Shown piece by piece: positions 10,750-22,375 of a DNA stretch of 64,000 nucleotides. The stretch comes from an uncultured delta proteobacterium (GTDB lineage: Bacteria > Myxococcota > Myxococcia > Myxococcales > Myxococcaceae). Position numbers and translations under genes: made by a program. Each line of letters opens with the position of its first letter. The first letter of the stretch is position 1. The notes under the pieces are model-generated. The model saw only the letters and a program-made list of their open reading frames with translations. It ran no database searches and was not told the origin of the DNA. The DNA lies in contig CAVZMH010000013.1 of NCBI GenBank assembly GCA_963776345.1, positions 192,001 through 256,000 of the forward strand, in the 5' to 3' direction.

Positions 10750-13029
10750 TCAGCGGGCCAGGGCCTGGGCCTCGGCGAGGTGCTCACCCCGGGGCTCCAG
10801 CTCGAGGTATTTCGCCGCGGCGACCCGGGCCTTCTCCCGGGTGCGCCGGTCGGCCCCGAGGAAGCGAGCGTAGAAGAAGTAGGCGTCCACGGCCGCCGGG
10901 TCGGTGTCCAGCGCCCGGCGGTACGCCTCGTCGGCCCGGGTCCGGTCTCCCTGGGCCTCGTAGGTGCGCCCCAGCTCGGTCAGGGCCTCCGCGATGCGCG
11001 ACCCCTGTCCGATGAACTCCTGGCTCGCCCGGGTGAGCTGCTCGACGCTCCTCGGGTAGTCCTTCTTCTCGCGGTACACGATGCCGAGCTGCAGCCGGGC
11101 GTCGGGATTCTTCGACTTCGGGTCGGCCAGGGCCTTGTCGTACTGCGCGACGGCGTCGTCCATCCGGCCCTGCCGGAAGTACACCTGCCCGAGCATCACC
11201 ATCAGCCGCGGGCTCTCGCCCATGGTGCGGATGGCGGTGGTGAGCGCCTCCTGCGCGTCGCGCGCTCCGTCGGGCTTCTGCATCAGCGCCCGGGCGAGAT
11301 CGACGTAGGCCTGGGCGCGGCTGGGGTCCGCCTTCACCGCCTCGCGCATCTCGCGGATGGCGGCGTCCGGCTGTCCGTCGACCAGCAGGCGCTTGCCCCG
11401 GAGCACGTGGAGCTCGGGGTTGTTCCTGTCCAGGGCGAACCCCTCCTCGTCCTCCTTGGCGACCAGCGCGATGCCCGCCGCCCGGTCGAGCGGCACCCCC
11501 GTGGCGTCGGCCAGCTTCCTGCCCACGTCCGGCTGGAGCCCGGTGACCGCCAGCTGGACGCGGGACACCAGCAGCGCTCTGGCCAGGTGGGCCACGGCGA
11601 GCTGCCGGGGGGAGGGGGGCGGGTCGGCGTCGAGGAGCTTCTTGAGGCTGATGGCGGCCGCGGGGAAACCCGCGGCGTTCTCCGAGTCGAGCGCCAGGAG
11701 CGCCCGGCCGAGCAGCGCCTCGGGGTGGTCCCTCTCGTAGCGCAGGGCGAAGCCGTAGTTCTGGTCCGCGGCGCGGGCGTCTCCCCGCCGCCGGTGGAGC
11801 GTCCCCAGGGCCGCGTACACCCGGGGATCGCTGGGTGCCGCCTGCTGCGCCTTCTCCAGGCTGTCGCGGGCGCGCTCCAGGTCACCGAGCTGCATCTGGA
11901 TGATGCCCTGGGTGAGCTCGAGGAAGGCGCTGGTCTGGCCCTTCTCGTCGAGCGCCTTGACCTTGGTCTCCAGGGTGGTGAGCGCCTGCGTGCCCTTTCC
12001 GGCGTACGCGGCCAGCAGGGCCTCGGCGGCGTCGGCGAAGCGGCTGTCCTGGTCACCGAGCCGGCGAACCGAGGCGAGGTGCTCCTCGGCGAAGCGCCGG
12101 GCGTCGTCCCCGTCGCCGTGCTCGCCCCAGCGGATGGCGTAGGCGTAGGCGAGGTACCCGTGGGCCAGCGCGCTGTTCGGCTCGATGTCCAGCGCCGCCG
12201 CCGCCGCGTCGGTGGCCTTCTTGTACGAGGCGAAGCTGTCGTGCCGGAGCTGCTCGCTGGCCTCCTTGAGGCTCTTCTTCAGCTTGATGTCGCGGGCGGC
12301 CTTCCACTGACCCCAGCCGTACCAGCCGCCGATGATCGCCACCGCGGCCAGGGCGGTGATGGCGAAGCGGGTGGCGTGGCCCTTCTTGGCCGGGGCCGAC
12401 GAGGCCTCGTCGTCCTCCTGCTGCGTGCGGCCCGGGGCCGTCCGCTGCACCGGCATGCCGTTCACCGAGCGGGTGCGTGGCGCGGCCTGCGGCCCGGCGC
12501 CCGTGCCGGGGGGCCCCTCGGAGAGACGGGGAGGGCCGGAGCGCGTGCCGCCCACGGCGGCCACCGGCGCCGGCGCGGGCTCGGGGGGCGGCGCCGGCCT
12601 GGGCGGCTCGATCTTCCACTGCGCGAACGCGGCGGTGGTCTCGGGGTCCTTCGGGTCCAGCTCCCAGACCTTCTGCAGGGTGGCCTTCCCCCCCGGGGCG
12701 TCGCCCGAGCGCATCTGCACCGCGGCGAGCGCGCGGAGCACGGCGCGGTCGGTCGGCGCGACACCCAGCGCGCCCTGCAGCTCGTCGAGCGCCTTCTTGT
12801 CCTTGCCCTGCTCGGAGTAGACGCGGGCGAGAAGCAGGCGCGGGTCGGGGCGGTTGGGATGCGCCTTCACGCCCTTCTTGCAGACCACCATCGCTTCCAT
12901 GAAGCGGCCGGCGGCGAGGTACGCCTCGGCGAGCGGGCGGTAGGCGTCCGAGGCAGGGTCCGAGTTGAACGCGCTCTCCAGCTTCGCGAGCTCCTGGGGG
13001 CTCAGCGTCTTCGCAGGCGGGGGGCTCAT
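10750..13029 (-). CDS. Membrane-anchored tetratricopeptide-repeat protein
   Basis: N-terminal TPRs, a Pro-rich linker, one TM helix (FAITALAAVAIIGGWYGW), then many further TPR-like helices. Confidence 0.85.
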   Translation of the reverse strand: MSPPPAKTLSPQELAKLESAFNSDPASDAYRPLAEAYLAAGRFMEAMVVCKKGVKAHPNRPDPRLLLARVYSEQGKDKKALDELQGALGVAPTDRAVLRALAAVQMRSGDAPGGKATLQKVWELDPKDPETTAAFAQWKIEPPRPAPPPEPAPAPVAAVGGTRSGPPRLSEGPPGTGAGPQAAPRTRSVNGMPVQRTAPGRTQQEDDEASSAPAKKGHATRFAITALAAVAIIGGWYGWGQWKAARDIKLKKSLKEASEQLRHDSFASYKKATDAAAAALDIEPNSALAHGYLAYAYAIRWGEHGDGDDARRFAEEHLASVRRLGDQDSRFADAAEALLAAYAGKGTQALTTLETKVKALDEKGQTSAFLELTQGIIQMQLGDLERARDSLEKAQQAAPSDPRVYAALGTLHRRRGDARAADQNYGFALRYERDHPEALLGRALLALDSENAAGFPAAAISLKKLLDADPPPSPRQLAVAHLARALLVSRVQLAVTGLQPDVGRKLADATGVPLDRAAGIALVAKEDEEGFALDRNNPELHVLRGKRLLVDGQPDAAIREMREAVKADPSRAQAYVDLARALMQKPDGARDAQEALTTAIRTMGESPRLMVMLGQVYFRQGRMDDAVAQYDKALADPKSKNPDARLQLGIVYREKKDYPRSVEQLTRASQEFIGQGSRIAEALTELGRTYEAQGDRTRADEAYRRALDTDPAAVDAYFFYARFLGADRRTREKARVAAAKYLELEPRGEHLAEAQALAR

Positions 13030-13082
13030 CGAATGCGGCGGAATCTAAAGGAAAGCACCCCTCGTCGAAAGCCGGACGTCCG

Positions 13083-13113
13083 TTGACACACCCCCCGGGG
13101 GGCGTTGTAGGAG
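13083..13113 (+). promoter_or_regulatory. Putative sigma-70 promoter of tRNA-Ala
   Basis: Perfect TTGACA at 13083-13088; the -10 candidate is weak; the spacer contains the palindrome CCCCCCGGGGGG. Confidence 0.4.
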
Positions 13114-13130
13114 CCGCTGTCCCGTTCTTC

Positions 13131-13203
<73 letters not shown>

Positions 13204-13222
13204 CTCACCGGGTCGTGAAGCG

Positions 13223-14308
13223 GTGACGGGGCCCGGGAATCCCCCGGCCCCCCCCACCCGCCCTCCGACCCTGCTCCCCGTCCAGGTCGTCCAGTGGGAC
13301 GGCAGCCGCGGCGCGCTCGAGGGCGGGGGTCGGACCTTTCCCTTCACCCGCGCCGACGTGGTCGGCTTCCATCCGGCGCCCGGCCTGTCCGCGGTGGCGG
13401 AGCTCGGGGCCGACGGGAGCCTGCTCCGCCTCACCCTCCCCGGGCACCCGGTGCGTCCGGAGCCCCCGGCCGGGCGGCCGTTCGGCTGGGCCACGGTGCT
13501 CGTCGCCGCCGAGCTGGGCAGCAGCGGCGCGCGATGGCAGGAGGCGCTGGGCCGCGGGCTGCCCGCCGGCGCTCGGCTGACCGCGCGGGCGCTTCCCGAG
13601 GGCGGCACGCTGGTGGAGGCGCGGTGGCCGGGCGCGCATCTGCTCCTCCGCGAGCGACGGGCGACCGAGCACGGCGCGCTGGAGCGGCGTCTGGTGCCCG
13701 CCGGCGCCACGCTGCCTCCCGTCGTCTGGGAGGTGCTCCCCGCGGGCGTGCTCCCCTCGGAGGAGCGGCGGCTGCTCGGCCCCGAGGCGGCCGACCCCTG
13801 GGTCCCATCCGGCGCGACGCGGCTCCTGGTCCGGGTGCTGCGGGCGGCGCTCGAGGCCGGCGGCACGTTCCTGATCGCCGAGCACGCCGGGCGCCTCCTG
13901 CTCGGGGCGGACGAGGCGCGGGGCAGGCTCGGGGACCCCGACGACGCCGAGGCGCGGCCGTTCGGCGCCTTCATCGACTGGGCGCTCACCGAGGACCGGG
14001 CGCGTTACCGCACCCTGGGGATGGCGGTGGCCGGCGGCGAAGATCTGGAGATCGAGATCCTCCACCGGGAGAGCGAGGTGGAGCTGGACAGCGCCGAGTC
14101 GGCGCTGCTCTTCGGCTGCCACCTCCAGGTGCGCGGCGCGCGGCTGCTCGAGGACGGAGAGGTCTTCTACGTCCCGAAGGACGTGCGCATCGGCCCGCGC
14201 GGGGCGAGTGCCACCGCGCGCACCGGCTACAAGTACGTGGTGGCGCGGCCGCCGATGCAGGCCGTCAGCGGGGCGGCGCGCCCGCGGGTCCAGCTCCTGC
14301 GGGGCTGA
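13223..14308 (+). CDS. Hypothetical protein (possible N-terminal OB/cold-shock-like and C-terminal DUF4261-like regions)
   Basis: Long ORF with GC3-biased codons. Motif resemblance only: VQWDGSRG...FPF and YRTLGM...GEDLEIE. Confidence 0.6.
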   Translation: MTGPGNPPAPPTRPPTLLPVQVVQWDGSRGALEGGGRTFPFTRADVVGFHPAPGLSAVAELGADGSLLRLTLPGHPVRPEPPAGRPFGWATVLVAAELGSSGARWQEALGRGLPAGARLTARALPEGGTLVEARWPGAHLLLRERRATEHGALERRLVPAGATLPPVVWEVLPAGVLPSEERRLLGPEAADPWVPSGATRLLVRVLRAALEAGGTFLIAEHAGRLLLGADEARGRLGDPDDAEARPFGAFIDWALTEDRARYRTLGMAVAGGEDLEIEILHRESEVELDSAESALLFGCHLQVRGARLLEDGEVFYVPKDVRIGPRGASATARTGYKYVVARPPMQAVSGAARPRVQLLRG

Positions 14309-14375
14309 GACGAGAACACCCACGCCCCGGGGACGCCGGGACGTGGGCGCGATGCCCGGGGGGCCTCCGTGCCGC

Positions 14376-15716
<1,341 letters not shown>

Positions 15717-16030
15717 CGTCTCGCTCCTTGGGGCAGGCTCGCGCGACGCCTCGTGACGCAGCGCTACGGTGTCAATCTGTGTATCGAATGACATGTCGCG
15801 CTGTAAAGCTGAAATCTCTCCCGAGAGCAGGCACCTGGCACTGTGGCCTAACGAGTCATGCTCCCAATCCAGGGTGTATTAGTGTGGCGAAAGCTGAGTT
15901 GAATGTAAATTAGTCAAAACGATGCCAGGCCGGTGCCGCATCCCTGGCGCACTGGGCGCTTCAGGGGAACGCCCTGCTGCGGCTCGCGATCGGACACCCC
16001 GGGGAACGCAGGCGGGGGCCCTGCGCTGGA

Positions 16031-16414
16031 TCAGCGCTCGACGGCGGGGACCCGTCGGGGCGCCGCGGCATGCTCCTCGGGTTCAGCGCGGGCACCCGCC
16101 ACGGGCCCGGGCGCCGTCTCGCCTGGCTCGGCCGGGGCGGCTCCCGCCGGCTCCGGGCGCTTCTTCGGCGTGGCCGCACCCCGGCACCCCCGGCACCAGG
16201 GCTGGTTGCGGATGGCGCCGTCCGGCATCTTCCGCAGCCCGAACTGGGCCAGCGGCCGGACGTGATGGCACTTGAGGCACATCAGGGTGATGAGGACCTC
16301 GTGCCCGTCGGCGTCGAAGACCGCGCTCGCCCGGCGTTTCTTCGGGCGCGGTCCCTCCGCAACGGAGGGCCGGCGCGCCGGCGGCGCGAGGGCGGGCGTC
16401 ACCTTGTAGAGCAT
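16031..16414 (-). CDS. Small CxxC...CxxC (zinc-finger-like) protein
   Basis: MLYKVTP...MCLKCHH...PWCRGCR, with its own ATG at 16414 and a purine-rich RBS (CAGGGAACC). Confidence 0.7.
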   Translation of the reverse strand: MLYKVTPALAPPARRPSVAEGPRPKKRRASAVFDADGHEVLITLMCLKCHHVRPLAQFGLRKMPDGAIRNQPWCRGCRGAATPKKRPEPAGAAPAEPGETAPGPVAGARAEPEEHAAAPRRVPAVER

Positions 16415-16467
16415 GGTTCCCTGGATCAACCAGGAGCCCCTGACACCCGCCTGCCCGGACCAGTCGA

Positions 16468-17737
16468 TCAGCGGCGTTGGCGGCGCCGCGGCAAGAGCAG
16501 CAGGGCCAGCGCCGCCAGGAGCCCGGCGAGCGCCGGTCCCCCGGCGGTGGAGGCGCAGCTCGAGTGCTCGACCGGGATGCCCGGGGACAGCGGCGGTCCA
16601 CCGGTGGTCGGCCTGGAGCCTCCGTCCACCCCGCGTCCCAGGTCGTGCCCCCATCCGGCAGTCTGCGCCGGCGTCGCCCGGGAGGCGCGGGTCGGTGGTG
16701 GAGTCGATGACCAGGCCTCCGTCGACCTGCCCGGCCAGGACGTCCCAGCGCAGCAGCGCCAGGTCCGTCTGCGTCCGGTCGCCGACCGCGACGACCCCCT
16801 TGGGCAGCGCCGTCCCCGCGGGCAGGTTGGTGACGGCGACCCCGGCCGGGGAGGTGATCGGCCCCAGCGCGTCCTGGGGGATGACCCGGAACGCACCGGG
16901 CCTCGGGTCGGCCTGCAGCAGGTCGTAGACGGTGAGCCCCTGGCCGTTGGCCGCGAGCAGGTATCCGGCGTCCGAGGCCTGGTAGACGGCGAGTCCGCTC
17001 ACCGGAGGCGCGAGGCGCCCCCCGCTCACCAGCGCAGCGTCGAACACCGTGGGCGCGCCAGCGTCGAGGTTCGGGTCGAACCGGTACACATCGCCGAGCA
17101 CCCTCCCCCCGACGAAGCCGATGTTCCGGAGCCCATCGAAGGTCAGGGTGTTGGGCTCGTCGAAGGAGCCGCTCCCGGTGGGGGCACCTGCGCCGCTGAA
17201 GCCCTGGGTCGCGCTCACCGTCCCGCTCGACAGGTCCAGGTCCCAGCGGTCGATCATCTTGGAGGCGTCCAGGACGAGCAGCGCCGCACCGCCATCGGGC
17301 AGCGCAGAGAGCGCGATGGCCGAGGACCCGGGGATGGGCGAGGCAGGCCCGCCCGCGGAAATGAAGGTGCCGGATTCCACCGTCCCGAAGAGAATGCTCC
17401 CGAGGGAGCTGACCGCGAGCAGCGTCCGGTATTGCGTCCCGACCAGGACGCCTGGCGCGGCGGCCACCGCATCGACCTGCGCGGGGAGGCCGCTCAGCGT
17501 GGCGAGCGCGCGCGTGCCCAGCAGGAAGGGAACCGACGTCCCGCCTCCGGTCCCGAAGAGCAGCGACTGCGCCGCATCCACGCCTGGATCCGGCAGCCAG
17601 AGGGACGTCTGCATCGCGGTGGCCCCGACGGGAGAGGTGGCCGGAGTGCGCGCGACGATGGGCACGAAGTAGGTGTTCGGCTGGGCGGAGGCGAGCGCTC
17701 CCAGGAGCAGAACCGTGGCGAATGCGGTGCGGGTCAC
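16468..17737 (-). CDS. Myxosortase-dependent (MYXO-CTERM) phytase-like beta-propeller surface protein; frameshifted near 16,630-16,665 as sequenced
   Basis: Signal peptide and phytase-like blades (GLAVY..YLLAA; GVAVTNLPAG...P.GVV.VGD). The C-terminus HSSCASTAGGPALAGLLAALALLLLPRRRQRR lies in another frame. Confidence 0.75.
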
Positions 17738-17787
17738 GTGCAGCGCCCGATACTACCACCCCGTGCCTGGAGCGCCCCGGGAACCGG

Positions 17788-18873
17788 TCAGGTGCGCACC
17801 ACGCTCCGGTAGACCTCCACCAGGTGCGCCGCGACGACGTCCCACCGGAAGGCGCGCGCGTGCTCCCGGCCCGCCTCTCCCCGGCGCGTGCGCTCGGCCG
17901 GATCCTCGAGCAGCCGCTCCAGCGCCGCGGCGAGCGCCCGGGCGTCGTCGGGGGCAACCTGGACCGCCGCCTCGCCGCAGACCTCGGGCAGCGCGGCCGC
18001 GGTGCTGACCACCGCCGGCGTCCCGAGCGCCATGGCCTCCAGCGGCGGCAGCCCGAAGCCCTCGTCGCGGGAGGGGAAGACGAAGACCGGCGCGGCCGCC
18101 ATGAGCGCCCAGAGCAGCGGCTCGGCGAGGAACCCGAGCGGACGGATGTCCAGGCCGCCGGCGCGGAGCAGGCCGATGCGGCGCTCGACCGGTCCCGAGC
18201 CGTACCAGCGCTGTCCGGCGAGCACCAGCGCGGGCGCGCGCGGCCCGAGCCGCTCCAGGGCATCGAGCACCAGGTCGACGTTCTTCCGCGCGTCGAGCGC
18301 GCCGGCGAAGAGGACCCAGCGCTCCGGGAGCCCGAGGCTCCTGAGCCAGCCGCGCGAGGCGGCGTCGAGCGGCGCGAGCCGGACGTGGTCGACGCCGTTG
18401 TGCACCACCGAGACCCGCGCCGGGTCCAGGTCGGGGTGGCGGGCGAGGAGCTGCGCACGGGTCCACGCGCTCACGCACACCACGTGGTCGGCCACCCGGA
18501 GGCTCCGCTGGAGCCACAGCCGGAACTGCCAGCGGAAGGCCCAGGAGACGGTGTCCGGCGAGGTGAGGGGGATGAGGTCGTGCACCGTGAGCACGAACGG
18601 CACGCCCGGGACCCGGAGCAGCGGCAGGTCGACGTTGCCCACCGCGTGGAACACCGACGCCCCGCTCCGGGGCAGCAGGCGCGGGAGCTCGCCGAGCGTG
18701 TGGAGCGTGCGGCTGCGCACCCGCCGCGGCAGCTCGCCCGAGCGTCGCGCGCCGACGCGCAGCACGCGGACTCCGCGCTGCGCGAGCGCCTCGGCCACCG
18801 AGCGGGTGTAGCGGCCGATGCCGGTGGCCGGCTCGTCCCACAGCGTCGCGTCGAGGGCCACGGTGAGCTCCAC
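17788..18873 (-). CDS. Glycosyltransferase family 4 (GT-B)
   Basis: TGIGRY, TVHDLIPL, RKN and FVFPSRDEGFGLPPLEAMALG. Confidence 0.92.
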   Translation of the reverse strand: MELTVALDATLWDEPATGIGRYTRSVAEALAQRGVRVLRVGARRSGELPRRVRSRTLHTLGELPRLLPRSGASVFHAVGNVDLPLLRVPGVPFVLTVHDLIPLTSPDTVSWAFRWQFRLWLQRSLRVADHVVCVSAWTRAQLLARHPDLDPARVSVVHNGVDHVRLAPLDAASRGWLRSLGLPERWVLFAGALDARKNVDLVLDALERLGPRAPALVLAGQRWYGSGPVERRIGLLRAGGLDIRPLGFLAEPLLWALMAAAPVFVFPSRDEGFGLPPLEAMALGTPAVVSTAAALPEVCGEAAVQVAPDDARALAAALERLLEDPAERTRRGEAGREHARAFRWDVVAAHLVEVYRSVVRT

Positions 18874-18918
18874 GGGCGGGCGAACCCTGACACATGTGCT
18901 AGAGCCCCCGCGAGCTTC

Positions 18919-21154
18919 ATGGCCGTCCACCAGCTCGTGCCCCACTTCCGCATCGGCGATGCCACCGCGCAGGCGGCGGTCCACTTCCAGGCGCTGCTCC
19001 GACGCCTGGGACACTGGGGAGAGCTGTTCAGCGTCAGCCAGGACGCCGGAACGGAGGCGCTGGTGCAGCCGGTGGAGGCGCTGCGGGTGCAGCCCACGGA
19101 CCTGGTCCTGCTCCACCATGCGATCGGGAGCCGGCTCTCGGCGCGACTGCTCCACGTCCCCTGCCGCCGCGGGGTGGTGTTCCACAACCTCTCCCCGGTC
19201 CGCTTCTACCGCGGGACGCCGCTCGAGCCGCTGCTCCTCGCCGGGCGGGCGCAGCTGGCGGGGATGGCCGGGCACGTGGATCTGGCGATCGGCGTCTCGG
19301 AGTTCAACTCCGCCGAGCTCCGCCGGGCGGGCTACGCCAACGTGCACACCGTCCCGCTCTTCGTCGAGCCCGAGCGGTTCGGCCCGGACCGGGTCGACCG
19401 GGCGATGCAGACCCGGCTCGCCTCGCCGGCGTTCACGCTGGTGAGCGTGAGCCGGGTGGTGCCGCACAAGCGCTTCGAGGATCTCCTGTCGCTCCATCGC
19501 GAGGTGCTGCGGCTCCGCCCGGACGCGCGGCTCCTGGTGGTGGGCGGGGTGGACCGGCTGTTCCCCGCGGTGCGGGCGCTGGAGGCGGAGGCGGCCAGGA
19601 CGCCCGGGGTGGAGCTGCTCGGCCGGGTGAGCCACGGGGAGCTGGTGGCGGTCTACCGCAGCGGCTCGGTGTTCGTGTCCATGAGCGAGCACGAGGGCTT
19701 CGGGGTGCCGCTCCTCGAGGCGATGGCGGCGGACGTCCCGGTGCTCGCCTACGCCGCGGCGGCGGTGCCGGAGACGCTGGGCGGGGCGGGCGTCGGCTTC
19801 GACGAGAAGCGGTTCGCGCTGCTGGCGGAGCTGGCGGTCCGGCTCGGCACGGACGCGAGGCTGCGCACGCGGGTCGTGGCCGGGCAGCGGCGGCGACTCG
19901 CGGCGCTCGGGGCGCGCCACAGCCAGGAACGGCTGGGGGCGGCGCTGCAGAGCGTGGGCCTGCGCCGACCGGCGAGGGCACCTTCCCGCCGCCGGCGGCC
20001 GCGGGTGGGCATCATCGTGCAGCGCTACGGTCCGGGAATCACCGGCGGAGCCGAGGCGCTCGCGGCGCAGGTGGTGACCCGGCTCCTCCCGCACTGGGAG
20101 ATGCGCGTCCTCACCAGCTGCGCCACGGACCACCTCCGATGGGACAACACCTTCCCGCCCGGGAGAGTCGACGGTGGACGGCGTGCCGGTGCTGCGCTTC
20201 CCCAGCCGGCGCCCCCGGCCGATGGAGGAGCTGAACGCGCTCTCCCGCCGGCTGTTCGGCCACTCGCTGGATCGGGCCGAGGAGGAGAACTGGATGGCGC
20301 TCCAGGGCCCGCTCCTGCCCGGGCTGTGGCGCCACCTGGCGGAGCGGGGAACGGAGTACGACGGCTTCGTCGCCTTCACCTACCTCTTCGTCTCCACCGC
20401 CTGGTCCGTGCCGCTGGTTGCAGACCGCATGCTGCTGGTGCCCACCGCGCACGACGAGGAGGCGCTGGCCTTCGACGCCTACGCCGAGGTCTTCGAGCGG
20501 CCGCGGGCGCTGCTGGTGAACACGCCCGAGGAGCAGGAGCTCATCGCCCGGCGCTTTCCGCGCCATGCGCGGGCGCGGGTGGTGGGCGCGGGGGTGGAAG
20601 CGCCGCCGGCGCGGGGCGACCGCTTCCGGGCGCGGTTCGAGCTTCCCGGGCCGTACCTGTTCTACCTGGGGCGCGTGGAGCGGGGAAAGGGAATCCCGGA
20701 GCTGCTCGCGGCGTACGCTCGACTCCGGGCGGCGAGCGCGCACGCGCCGGAGCTGGTCCTGGCCGGGGAGGCGAGCATGGACATCCGGGAGGAAGGGGTG
20801 CGGGTGCTGGGTCGGGTGGGCGAGCAGGAGAAGTGGGACGGGCTGGCCGGGGCGCTGGCGGCGGTGGTGCCCTCGGCGAAGGAGAGCCTGTCGTTGCTCG
20901 CGCTGGAAGCCTTCGCGGTGGGGACGCCGGTGCTGGGGAACGCGGCCAGCCCGGTGGTCCGCGGACACGTGGAGCGCAGCAGCGCGGGGATGGCCTATGC
21001 CGATGCGGACGGGTTCGTGGAGGGCGTGGCCCGCGTGGAGCGGGAGCGGGCGGCGATGTCGCGTGCCGCGCGCCGCTACGCCGGCAAGCACGGATGGACC
21101 CAGGTGGTGAAGGCTTACCGCGAGGAGATGGACGCGATGACGAGGGCCCGATGA
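18919..21154 (+). CDS. Two-domain GT4 glycosyltransferase; frameshift near 20,160-20,175
   Basis: The first domain has SEHEGFGVPLLEAM. The second begins VQRYG..ITGGAE and ends with PSAKESLSLLALEA in a shifted frame. Confidence 0.8.
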
Positions 21155-21594
21155 AGCTCCTGGGACGGGACATCGACGCGCGGGAGCTGCTCCGGGTGGC
21201 CCGGGAGCGGCTGGAGGCGCGCGGGATCCGCGAGGACGCACGGGCGGTGGAGGAGGAGCCCGAGCCGCTGCTCGAGCCGCTGTCCTTCCTGGTGCGCTCG
21301 CTCGAGTCGAACGAGGACCCCACCGTGGGGCTGCCCATCCTCAGCCACCGCACGGGGCTGGGCCGCGGCGTGGTGGCGGCGAAGTGGCTCTTCCGCCGGA
21401 CCTGCCAGGTGTTCATCAACGAGGCGCTGGGGCGGCAGCGGCTGTTCAACGCCCAGGTGCGAGACCTCTCCGCGCAGCTGGCGGCCGAGGTGATCCGGCT
21501 CCGGGCGCGGGTGGAGGCGCTGGAGGCCGAGAAGGTCGAGCGTCAGCGGCTCCCGGCCTCCCCGAGGCGGCGGACGGGGAAGGCCCGGAGATGA
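21151..21594 (+). CDS. Coiled-coil protein associated with the polysaccharide locus
   Basis: ATGA overlaps at both ends; SHR.GLG..VV..K..FRR...IN..L.RQ..FN followed by a heptad-like helix. Confidence 0.75.
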   Translation: MKLLGRDIDARELLRVARERLEARGIREDARAVEEEPEPLLEPLSFLVRSLESNEDPTVGLPILSHRTGLGRGVVAAKWLFRRTCQVFINEALGRQRLFNAQVRDLSAQLAAEVIRLRARVEALEAEKVERQRLPASPRRRTGKARR

Positions 21595-22371
21595 TCAAGA
21601 ACCTCCAGGAGCTCTGGCAGTACCGGGCCCTGCTCTGGAACCTGACCCAGCGGGAGCTGAAGGCGCGCTACCGCGGCTCGGCGCTGGGGTTCCTCTGGAC
21701 GTTCGTGAACCCGCTGCTTGCTCATGGCGGTGTACGCGCTGGTCTTCGGCGTCATCCAGAAGAGCAGCATCCCGCACTACACCTACTTCCTCTTCGTGGG
21801 GCTGCTCCCGTGGATCTGGTTCTCGACCTCCGTGGGGTCGGGGGCCAGCACCATCAGCGACCGGCGGGACCTCCTGACCAAGGTGCGATTTCCGGCGCAG
21901 GTGCTCCCGGCGACGGTGGTGACCACGAACCTGATCAACTTCCTGCTCTCGCTCCCACTGATGGTGGGCCTGGGAGCGATCGTGGGCATCTGGCCCGACG
22001 TGTACACCTTGGCCTTTCCCCTGGTCCTGTTCGCCCAGCTGGTGTTCACGCTGGCGGTGACCTTCATCGTCTCCGCGCTGAACGTCCGGTTCCGGGACCT
22101 GCAGCACATCGTGCAGAACGTGCTGACGCTCTGGTTCTTCGTCACCCCGGTGCTCTACATCCCCAACGCGATCCCCGAGGTCGCGCGGCGGCTGTACCTG
22201 ATCGCCAACCCGATGGCGGTGATCATCAACTCGTACCACGGCATCTTCTACGAGCACCGCTGGCCGCACTGGCGGGCGCTGGCGCTGGTGACCCTCGCCT
22301 CCCTGGTGCTGCTGGCCATCGCCGCGCGGGTGTTCGAGGGTCGGCGCGAGGAGTTCGCCGAGCTGATCTGA
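21591..22371 (+). CDS. wzm: Polysaccharide ABC transporter permease Wzm; one frameshift near 21,718
   Basis: [32 protein letters not shown], then RD..HI...WFF.TPV.Y and NPM. Confidence 0.9.
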
Positions 22372-22375
22372 GGCC

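Noticed and set aside
9463..13086. 1207-aa plus-strand ORF and similar very long antisense or alternate-frame ORFs (e.g. 55520-60109, 47794-50412, 4993-7287)
   Set aside because: Shadow ORFs expected in high-GC DNA, overlapping well-supported genes. Only the 58637-60109 part of the 55520 ORF looks real.
16031..17737. Single 568-aa phytase/zinc-finger fusion ORF
   Set aside because: The MYXO-CTERM tail lies in another frame and the small gene has its own start, so the fusion results from indels.
17722..21594. 1290-aa single ORF
   Set aside because: A concatenation of antisense sequence, the first GT4 domain, an off-frame stretch and the separate 21151 gene.
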